64,000 nt of DNA from Actinomycetota bacterium (GTDB lineage Bacteria; Actinomycetota; Actinomycetes; Streptosporangiales; Streptosporangiaceae): the NCBI GenBank assembly GCA_027313705.1, contig DAHVDE010000105.1, positions 30,544 through 94,543 of the forward strand. Direction: 5' to 3'. Position numbers and translations under genes: made by a program. Position 1 is the stretch's first letter; every line of letters starts with the position of its first letter. The notes under the pieces are model-generated. The model was not told the origin of the DNA. It saw only the letters and a list, made by a program, of their open reading frames with translations, and did no database searches. Below, piece by piece: positions 18,801 through 25,488 of the stretch.

Positions 18801-20750
18801 GACCCTCCTGGCCCTAAGCGCAAGCTCGACGGCACTTTCGGCCAGCGGCGAAGGACGGCCGGCTGCGAGCGGGAACTCGGCCGCGTCGTCGTCCGACGCG
18901 GCTCCCCTGATCGGGCCGAGATCGACTGCGGGCAGGTCGATGTAAAGGTCGCGGACGCCACCAGGCCATGGCCGGTCAGCCGCCATCGCCTTGACCGCTC
19001 CGGCCGTGATCCTGCGCAGTTCAGCACCAAGCACCGGGGCCGAGGGCGCCGTGGTGAGGTTGATGCCGCCGACCAGGCTGGCCAAGAGCGCCAGGCCGGC
19101 CGGCGTGGCGGGAATCAGCGGGGCGACCGCGGCGGCGGGCGCGTCCAGGTCAGCCTCTTGCCAAAGGCGCCAAGGGCCGTCCTCGTCGGCAAGCTGCTCG
19201 GTGGCGACGCTCGCGGCGGCGACCTGAGCCCGCCAGGTGCCTTGGGTCTGCAGTTCGTCTTTCCACTTGAAGACGTGGTGCGCGGCGAACAGCACCTGGG
19301 TGTGGTACTCGCGCCACCACGGGCGCACGCCTGGCTTCTCTTCTGGGTAGATGGTCCTGGCATGGCCCCTAATGACGGAGAGCACGCTCAGCGGGCCGGC
19401 CAGCTTGCGGTACTGGTCGCCGCTCCGGTCGCCCAGGCCGGCCAGGAGCGCATCGTCGACCTGGCTGCGGTCGAAAGGCCCGAGCAGTGCCGCTACCCTG
19501 TCGCCGAGCGCGAGCAGCCGCTCCAGCCTGACCAGCTCGGCGGCGGAGAGCAGCTCGGAAAATGGGTGGCGCAGCAGATTGAGTTCCAGCCAGGCGAGAT
19601 CAGACTGGATCGGCCGGTCCTTTCTCGGACTGGCATAGTCGATCAGGAACGGCCGGTCGCCGGCCACGAGCACGTTGCTCGGGTTGAAGTCGCCGTGGAC
19701 GCTTGACGTGACCAGGCCGGCCTGCTGGTCCATCAGGGCGCGGCGCAGCACGCCGAACGGATGGGCGATCGGCACGCCGTCAAGTTCCGTGCCGCCTTCG
19801 GCCACCGCCAGCTCGGGCAGTGCCTGACTTACCCGCTGCCAGGTGAGCGCCGACCGCCAGGACGCGACCCTCCCGCGCAGGGTGAAGCTCTGGCCGCCAG
19901 GCCGATCCGGTGGCAGCATCGCCTCTTCGACTTTGACGGTGACATTGTCCCGCCCGGCGAACCGCGGGCCGAACTCGCGCGCGGGCCAGAAGCCGCGCAG
20001 CATCACCTCGGTGCCAGGGGCGAGCGATCTGGTGCCGCCAGGCTCACCGGCGCCTTCGAGCGCGAGCGCCATCCGGAGCACCTGGTCAGGCAGCAACTGC
20101 CTGACGTCATCGGACCCTGGCCGCGCCGAGGTCGTGCCGCGGTCCCTGGTCGCCCGCGCCGCGGTGAGCTCAAGGTCAGCGCCGAGCAGCGGGTTGAGCG
20201 CCTCCCAGCTACCGAGGTCGGCCACCCGGTTGTCACGGTAGAAGACCAGATTGGCGAGCTTAAGCAGGGCGCCGATTAGCTCGCGCGCCGTTCGCACCTG
20301 CGTCTCGCCGCCAGCGACCGCGGCGCGGATCACCCGCTCTAGTTCGACGGGCTCGGCTCCGCCGAACTCCTGCACGTCGGAGTAGACGACGGCCTCGTCT
20401 TCACCGAGTCGCAGATTCTGGTCAAGTACCCCCGCGCTGACCGCCTCGATCGGCGGGCAGAGCGCACTCGGCGCGTTCTTGATGATTCGCTGGTATGCCG
20501 CCCATTCGGTAGCGACGTTTACCCCGACCTTCGCGATCTGCGTTCTGCGGTAGTTGTCGCGTACTACTTCGATCCTGAGCACGAGCGCGCCGGTGCGGCC
20601 GCCGGTGAGCTTGCTCTTGACCTCGATCCGGTCAGGTGCCTGCCACCGGCCAGGTCCGTCGCCGACCGCGACGCGGTTTAGCGCGGCTTTGATTCTCGCT
20701 TGCTCGTCCTCGTCAAGGTACTCGCTAAAGAGAACATTGAGCGCGGCCAT
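15822..20750 (-). CDS. Giant STAND protein: protein-kinase/APH-like fold / NACHT NTPase / HEAT-ARM-like repeats
   Basis: 1642 aa.
- Kinase-like motifs: KLTGGRTGALV, IAKVG, HGDFNPSNVLV (aa 352-362) and FLIDYA.
- NACHT motifs: VIVLGGTGSGKT (aa ~651-661), IHLLVDDFDRL, LTICCRG, NPLLLSMLA and YQDYFAA.
- The C-terminal ~650 aa are Ala/Leu/Arg-rich helical repeats. Confidence 0.85.
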   Translation of the reverse strand: MAALNVLFSEYLDEDEQARIKAALNRVAVGDGPGRWQAPDRIEVKSKLTGGRTGALVLRIEVVRDNYRRTQIAKVGVNVATEWAAYQRIIKNAPSALCPPIEAVSAGVLDQNLRLGEDEAVVYSDVQEFGGAEPVELERVIRAAVAGGETQVRTARELIGALLKLANLVFYRDNRVADLGSWEALNPLLGADLELTAARATRDRGTTSARPGSDDVRQLLPDQVLRMALALEGAGEPGGTRSLAPGTEVMLRGFWPAREFGPRFAGRDNVTVKVEEAMLPPDRPGGQSFTLRGRVASWRSALTWQRVSQALPELAVAEGGTELDGVPIAHPFGVLRRALMDQQAGLVTSSVHGDFNPSNVLVAGDRPFLIDYASPRKDRPIQSDLAWLELNLLRHPFSELLSAAELVRLERLLALGDRVAALLGPFDRSQVDDALLAGLGDRSGDQYRKLAGPLSVLSVIRGHARTIYPEEKPGVRPWWREYHTQVLFAAHHVFKWKDELQTQGTWRAQVAAASVATEQLADEDGPWRLWQEADLDAPAAAVAPLIPATPAGLALLASLVGGINLTTAPSAPVLGAELRRITAGAVKAMAADRPWPGGVRDLYIDLPAVDLGPIRGAASDDDAAEFPLAAGRPSPLAESAVELALRARRVIVLGGTGSGKTSLLEELERRWLRPSGYLTRWPAETEVPHLPVRVRAAELQRSLRHGGDAVWEFLDQTLRGAGPVRPLLAVGVIHLLVDDFDRLAAADLPSVTGWLTQVRQRFPRALLTICCRGTHAPAELAGWRAIALHEPDPACIGQYLARHPSPGAAAIADRVLGRSPDQALAELARNPLLLSMLAQVQDAGQARTAGDLLDRYVAAVPPGSWIDHAERLAVRQLNGDHGEERADEGLACLGIVVRDGGACHFTVRVYQDYFAARVLRATAGADPRGLVLLLLRFAWRDAFKMFASFSTTTPDLLGDLVRTVADADPRYAAALLLSADGPPASLAGWFVQAQERTLKDSRASRLARERAALALADLGTCAELGYSGGRRPAYAGLLAVIADSGADPVWREFCLTALADACRAARPGQPRSLLAGSLIRQAASLITGSGVPASVRAAATRIIGDLKLHGIVALIAEQVGGETPWPVRHEAWLALRSLGERLPGRLAGAYRRAAAVRLTEVEGELPAAISAAQARQLQEERYELLRGLSGPDRLSELLKRRFAFEIGDGPVRELIDAAVAAERGRDEGGEAAWRAILFGSDLPAERLLTVIAGPDPLAAAAAAHRLLGGRPDLAPGAFAAAAAWAGQRADLVLIAAALARQRSVDLAEVTRYFRALLPAFAGPGRPDRPGLDCLGALVGAISSRDLASGVREAWRAHRFLAGHDVAERLRWPWPVVMSRFGQPRGELAAMLKSADETDVRCAIDALASAAFLLTGDAGPGYEAGAEAGDRLLAQYAAGQQCELPTFLAAAAALALPGALRVIAARHGGLGAALAGLEARTGLIVALPGYGLTEIAPAAEALAAIGYLARLLSPGDELARAARRLLGETDQTGVHPSVPIGRLTGLAYLGDWRPAAEALGSGSADARLARVARNATMLWAADETEPARTAARIAGWLADRLAEPDLSLEVICEYEELKYLAEQRAGALVRGYLTGENPGSAGR

Positions 20751-20786
20751 CTAACGCCCACGGCCGCTGCGGCGCAAACTGGCCAC
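20751..20786 (-). promoter_or_regulatory. 11-codon leader uORF (VASLRRSGRGR) whose TAG abuts the ATG of the giant ORF
   Basis: On the minus strand: GAAGGAGG, 6 nt, GTG GCC AGT TTG CGC CGC AGC GGC CGT GGG CGT TAG ATG. The giant ORF has no SD of its own. The uORF stop (20751-20753) is directly adjacent to ATG 20750-20748. Confidence 0.3.
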
Positions 20787-20876
20787 TTCATGCCTCCTTC
20801 GGGGAACGGCAGCAAATCCACGGTCTACAGTAGTATCGCGGCAACTGGCACGATATAGCGAGGGTCGGCAGCGAGA

Positions 20877-21266
20877 ATGGTCCCTGAGCGCGCGATTGAC
20901 GGCCTGACCCTGGCGCGGTGGCGCTCACTGTGCGAGCGGTTTATCGCGATCAAACTCGGCGCCTTCCGCAACGATCTCGCGGCCGACTGGCACACGCTGG
21001 CGAGGATCGAGCCAGGCACGCCTGGCCTGCTCGACGAGTGGGAGCTACTCGAGGAGCGGATAGCCGAGCTTGACGACTTCGGCGACACCATAGTGGTCAG
21101 GCACTGGCCGGACGGCGGGGACGAGGAAGAAGAAGAAGATTGGGCCGGGGAGGAAACCGAGTACCTCTGCCCGGCGAACCGGTGTGACCGGAGAGTCAGC
21201 GCCGGCACGGGCACCGTGCCGCGCTGCGACCTCTACGACCGCCCGATGAGGCTGCCAGAAAGCTGA
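20877..21266 (+). CDS. Hypothetical acidic protein with a Cys-containing C-terminal tail
   Basis: 129-aa ORF divergent from the giant STAND gene, with GC-rich third positions. It has an acidic run (DGGDEEEEEDWAGEETEY) followed by LCPANRCDRRVSAGTGTVPRCD. I recognise no family. Confidence 0.55.
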   Translation: MVPERAIDGLTLARWRSLCERFIAIKLGAFRNDLAADWHTLARIEPGTPGLLDEWELLEERIAELDDFGDTIVVRHWPDGGDEEEEEDWAGEETEYLCPANRCDRRVSAGTGTVPRCDLYDRPMRLPES

Positions 21267-21360
21267 CACCTCAGCCATAACGTGCCGGCCGAGATAGCGC
21301 TTGGCCGTCATTTCGACAATGCGTCATACTGGCGCCATGGTGGCCTGGGATGCCAAATAG

Positions 21361-22362
21361 ATGACATCGAACGAAGATGGAGTGCCAGCGGCGCTCATTG
21401 CCGTGGAGATCAAGGCGCTGCGCAAGGGCCGCGGCATCCGCTCGAGTGACCTCGATCACAGACTTGGCGATTATCTGCGCGAACTGACCGGCGGAGCGGC
21501 AGGAGGCGCGGCCGGCCCTCGCCAGGTGCTGGCGGAAGAACTTGCCGCCCTGGCGGTGAAACTCCCCGACGACTTGCGCCTCGCGGTGCTTGCCAGCATC
21601 GGACAGGCTGCCGAGACCAAGCAGATGACCAGGTTCGGCGACCGGGTGAGCTGGCTAGCGCAGCAAGCGGGGCGCACCGACCGCACCATTCTGCGGCGGA
21701 TCGGATCGGCCGAGCAACTACTGGCCGAGGAAGTGGCCGGGGAGCTGCGGCGGCGGCGTAGCTCCCCGGTAAGCGGGTCGACGGGCTGGTACCTGGACGA
21801 GTTCCGCACGGTACTTCGCCTGGACACGCCAACCCCTGAGTTTCACGAACGACGCCGAATCGTCGCGACTCGCCCTGGCCTGGATCAGGTCAGGGCCTGG
21901 TGGGACGTGCCGAGGGACGCGGGAGAGCCACGGGCGGCATTGACTGCCGAGGTGCTTTATGGCGGGCGCCTGGTAAAGCGGCTCGACAGCAAGGGCAATG
22001 CCTTCGAGTTCGTCATCGAACTGCCGACCGCGCTCGAGCAGGGCGACGAGCATGAGTACGCGCTGATCCTGCGGATGCCCAGAGGCGACCTGAAGCGGCA
22101 GCACTACATATTTACGCCGGAATACCAGTGCAACGCGTTCGACCTGACCGTGCGTTTCGACCTCGACAGCCCGCCGGCCTGGGTACGCGAGGTTCGCGGC
22201 GAGACGGTTCGCACCTTCGACCCGCCGAAACCAGGCAAGGAGAACCTCGAGCCTGATGGTGCCGGGGAGGTCCATGTCCGCTTCGATCACCCTGTCATGT
22301 ACCTGGGTTACGGCCTCCAGTGGGACCTGCCAGATAGGGCAGACGAGGCGCCGTATCGCTAG
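21361..22362 (+). CDS. Hypothetical protein, possible N-terminal HTH plus an unknown ~200-aa C-terminal domain
   Basis: 333-aa ORF with coding-like composition. The segment GRTDRTILRRIGSAEQLLAEEV looks HTH-like. The C-terminal part (WYLDEFRTVLRLD...EYALILRMPRGDLKRQHYIFTPEYQCNAFDLTVRFDL...) is unassigned. Confidence 0.6.
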   Translation: MTSNEDGVPAALIAVEIKALRKGRGIRSSDLDHRLGDYLRELTGGAAGGAAGPRQVLAEELAALAVKLPDDLRLAVLASIGQAAETKQMTRFGDRVSWLAQQAGRTDRTILRRIGSAEQLLAEEVAGELRRRRSSPVSGSTGWYLDEFRTVLRLDTPTPEFHERRRIVATRPGLDQVRAWWDVPRDAGEPRAALTAEVLYGGRLVKRLDSKGNAFEFVIELPTALEQGDEHEYALILRMPRGDLKRQHYIFTPEYQCNAFDLTVRFDLDSPPAWVREVRGETVRTFDPPKPGKENLEPDGAGEVHVRFDHPVMYLGYGLQWDLPDRADEAPYR

Positions 22363-22456
22363 ATCGGTGCATGCTGAGCACGAGCTTCTGATTGAAACCT
22401 GGCCAGGTCTGAAACGATGATGGCGAGGTAGGTTACGCCTTGGCGAGGGAGATCCG

Positions 22457-24196
22457 TTGGCAGCGCAGACCGGACAGCAGCACGGCACCTCGCGCAGCGC
22501 CTCCTGGTTCGCCGCGCAGGGGCGGCCAGGGATGATCTACCGGTCCTGGCTGCGGGCCGAGGGTTTCCCTCCTGAGGTGTTTGATGGCAGACCTGTCATC
22601 GGGATCGCCAACAGCTGGTCCGAGCTGACGCCGTGCAATGCACACTTGCGCGGCCTGGCCGAGGCGGTCAAGCGCGGCGTGTGGCAGGCAGGCGGGTGGC
22701 CGCTTGAGTTCCCCACGATGTCTCTTGGCGAGACGCTGATGCGGCCGACCGCCATGTTGTTCAGGAACCTCATGTCGATGGAGGTCGAAGAACTGCTGCG
22801 GGCCAATCCGATCGACGGTGTCGTGTTGCTCTCCGGGTGCGACAAGACGACCCCGGCGATGCTGATGGCGGCGGCGAGCGCGGACCTGCCCGCGATCATG
22901 GTCACCGGCGGGCCCATGCTTAACGGCAAATTCCGCGGCGAGGATGTCGGTTCAGGCACGCACGTGTGGAAATTCGAGGCGGAGCTTGCCGCCGACCGGA
23001 TGACCCAGGCCGAGTGCGTGCTCGCGGAAAGCGGGATGGCCAGGTCGTGCGGGCACTGCATGACGATGGGCACCGCGTCGACGATGGCCTGCCTGGCCGA
23101 GACCCTCGGCATGCAGCTTCCTGGCTCGGCGGCCTGGCCGGCCGCAGACTCGCGGCGGGTGCTCACTGCGCAGCAGGCCGGGCAGCGAATCGTGGCACTT
23201 GCCCGCGACCAGGTACGGCCTTCGGCGATCTTGACTCCGAAGGCGTTCGAGAACGCGATAAGGGTCAATGCGGCTATCGGCGGGTCGACAAACGCCGTGA
23301 TCCACCTGCTCGCCATAGCCGGGCGGGCCGGCGTGCCGCTGCGGCTGGCTGACTTCGACGAACTGGCGAAGGACGTGCCCACGCTGGTGAACCTGATGCC
23401 TTCTGGCCGGTACCTGATGGAGGACTTCTGCTACGCGGGAGGCGTACCTGCCGTGATGGCCGAACTCGGGGACTTCCTGCACACCGACCACGTCACCGTC
23501 ACAGGAAAGACGCTCGCCGAGAACATCGCGGACGCGAAGTGCTGGAACCGGGACGTGATCAGGTCACTGTCCGAGCCATTCGCGCCGGCGGGAACTGGGA
23601 CGGCTGTCCTGCGCGGCAACCTCTGCCCTGACGGTGCCGTGATCAAGCAGTCGGCGGCGTCGCCGCACCTGCTCAAGCACCGCGGTCAGGCCCTGGTGTT
23701 CGACTCGATCGAGGAATACCACGAAGCGGCCGTGCGCCCTGACCTGGAGGCGGATGAGTCGACCGTGCTGATCGTGCGCGGAGCAGGCCCGCGCGGGTAC
23801 CCCGGCATGCCGGAGATCGGCAACTTCGTACTGCCGACCAAGCTGCTCAAACGCGGGGTCACCGACATGGTGCGGATTTCCGACGCCAGGATGAGCGGCA
23901 CGGGCTACGGCACCGTGGTACTGCACGTAGCGCCGGAGGCGGCCGCGGGCGGACCGCTCGCGCTGGTCCGCACTGGCGACTGGGTTAGCTTGGATGTGCC
24001 GGCTCGCGGTCTCAGCTTCGAGGTGACCGACGAGGAGTTGCGCCGCAGAAGAGCCGAGTGGCAACCAGCGCATTCCGTACCCGGCCGCGGCTACGCCCGG
24101 CTGTACACCGAGCATGTACTGCAAGCCGATCAGGGCGCTGACCTGGACTTCCTGATCGGCTCCAGCGGATGCGCCGTCCCCAGGCACAACCATTAA
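22457..24196 (+). CDS. IlvD/Edd-family dehydratase (sugar-acid/dihydroxy-acid dehydratase)
   Basis: 579 aa with GRPVIGIANSWSELTPCNAHL, LLSGCDKTTPAMLMAAA, GHCMTMGTASTM and ISDARMSGTGYGTVVLHVAPEAAAGGPLALV. TTG start with GAGGGAG upstream. Confidence 0.9.
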   Translation: MAAQTGQQHGTSRSASWFAAQGRPGMIYRSWLRAEGFPPEVFDGRPVIGIANSWSELTPCNAHLRGLAEAVKRGVWQAGGWPLEFPTMSLGETLMRPTAMLFRNLMSMEVEELLRANPIDGVVLLSGCDKTTPAMLMAAASADLPAIMVTGGPMLNGKFRGEDVGSGTHVWKFEAELAADRMTQAECVLAESGMARSCGHCMTMGTASTMACLAETLGMQLPGSAAWPAADSRRVLTAQQAGQRIVALARDQVRPSAILTPKAFENAIRVNAAIGGSTNAVIHLLAIAGRAGVPLRLADFDELAKDVPTLVNLMPSGRYLMEDFCYAGGVPAVMAELGDFLHTDHVTVTGKTLAENIADAKCWNRDVIRSLSEPFAPAGTGTAVLRGNLCPDGAVIKQSAASPHLLKHRGQALVFDSIEEYHEAAVRPDLEADESTVLIVRGAGPRGYPGMPEIGNFVLPTKLLKRGVTDMVRISDARMSGTGYGTVVLHVAPEAAAGGPLALVRTGDWVSLDVPARGLSFEVTDEELRRRRAEWQPAHSVPGRGYARLYTEHVLQADQGADLDFLIGSSGCAVPRHNH

Positions 24197-24221
24197 CAGT
24201 GATTTGACATTGATAGTCGCT

Positions 24222-24248
24222 GGCCGTCATCCATGGTTAACGACGGCC
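24222..24248 (+). terminator. Hairpin after the dehydratase gene
   Basis: GGCCGTC (24222-24228) pairs with GACGGCC (24242-24248) around a 13-nt loop. It lies 26 nt after the stop at 24196 and inside the ORF-track N-terminal extension of the next gene, which supports a later start for that gene. Confidence 0.35.
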
Positions 24249-24263
24249 GGCGATCTTTGGTCG

Positions 24264-25469
24264 ATGGACGCCTCTGAAGCTGAGTTGTCTTCACCCATCT
24301 GCCGTCAGATGCTCGAGGGTGCCGGAGGTGCCGGGTTCCTGGCCGCCACCGCTTCGATCCGCGCCAAGTCGTCCTCGCTTGAGCCTGCGTCCGCACACGA
24401 GGACGGCACCCCTGGACAGGTTCACCTGACCTGGGGAGATGACCCGGCGACCTCGATGGTCATCTCCTGGGTCTCGCCAGGTCAGGCGGCGGGCGCGCGG
24501 GTACTGCTTACCAAGGGCGATGGCTGGACCAGGACGATCATGGCGGAGCAGCGCAGTCATGCCGACGAGATCAGGGGCCAGAACGGCTGGGCGTATCACG
24601 CCGAGCTCAGGTGGCTCGCCCCGGACACCACGTATTCCTACCTGGTGACCGCCGACAACGACGGCTCGGCCGCCCCCGTCTCCTGCCGGTTCCGCACCGC
24701 GCCTGCTGGCCGGGCAGCCTTCCGCTTCACCAGTTCAGGCGACCTGGGTACCGGTGACCTGGCCTGGCCGGCCGGGCGCCGGCAGAGCGCGCATGCGGTC
24801 TGCGTCATCAAGTCGTTCCAGCCCTTGTTCCATCTGCTCAACGGCGAATTGTGCTACCCGGGAGATGACCTAGCCGAACGGCCAGGTGGCTGGCGTGACT
24901 TCCGGAACGAGGGGACCGGCGTTCGCGGGCGCTTGCATTCGTTCAGGGTCGGCTCGGCGCTCTTCGTCTCGCTCGACTCCTGCGACGTCAGCTACCAGAC
25001 CGCCTGGCTCGACCGCACGCTCGCGGCCGCGCGGGCCGATAGCGGCGTCGACTGGATCATCGTGCTGGCCGATCGGGCCTCCTGCTCGCCTCCGGTCCAG
25101 CGTGACGACTCTAGCCAGGGCATCAGGCAGGAGTGGCGGCCGCTGTTCGACCGCTACGAGGTCGACCTCTTGCTGGGCGGCCACGACGTGGCCAGCCCGC
25201 AGTCGTCCCTCGTCCGCAGCCTTGACTGGCAGGCAGTGCAGACCCTGTACCCGGACCCGGACCCCGACCCGGACCCGGGCACGGACGGGTACGGCATCGC
25301 CGTGTTCGACCTTGATCCAGGCAAGACACCGGGCGGGAATACCAGCATCACCGTCAGGTACTTTCGCGCGAGCCGAGCGGATGCGACCGATGCGACCGCG
25401 CGCCACGCCCAGCTCGACGTCTTCACCTTGACCAGGCCCCGCTCAGATGGCGCGGTGCGCCTGCGCTGA
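24264..25469 (+). CDS. Degenerate purple-acid-phosphatase-like metallophosphoesterase (likely inactive or a pseudogene)
   Basis: The PAP N-terminal Ig-like part is intact (VHLTWGDDPATSMVISW...YSYLVTADNDG...RFRTAP) and motif I (SSGDLG) is present. Other motifs are damaged.
- Motif II reads NGELCY (D to E).
- No GNHE motif is present.
- WIIVLADRAS replaces the ..H.. motif.
- GGHDVAS replaces GHxHxYE.
- A PDPDPDPDPG tract sits where ~100 aa seem to be missing.
The start is uncertain. Confidence 0.55.
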   Translation: MDASEAELSSPICRQMLEGAGGAGFLAATASIRAKSSSLEPASAHEDGTPGQVHLTWGDDPATSMVISWVSPGQAAGARVLLTKGDGWTRTIMAEQRSHADEIRGQNGWAYHAELRWLAPDTTYSYLVTADNDGSAAPVSCRFRTAPAGRAAFRFTSSGDLGTGDLAWPAGRRQSAHAVCVIKSFQPLFHLLNGELCYPGDDLAERPGGWRDFRNEGTGVRGRLHSFRVGSALFVSLDSCDVSYQTAWLDRTLAAARADSGVDWIIVLADRASCSPPVQRDDSSQGIRQEWRPLFDRYEVDLLLGGHDVASPQSSLVRSLDWQAVQTLYPDPDPDPDPGTDGYGIAVFDLDPGKTPGGNTSITVRYFRASRADATDATARHAQLDVFTLTRPRSDGAVRLR

Positions 25470-25488
25470 TTGCCGCCTGGCGGCAGCA

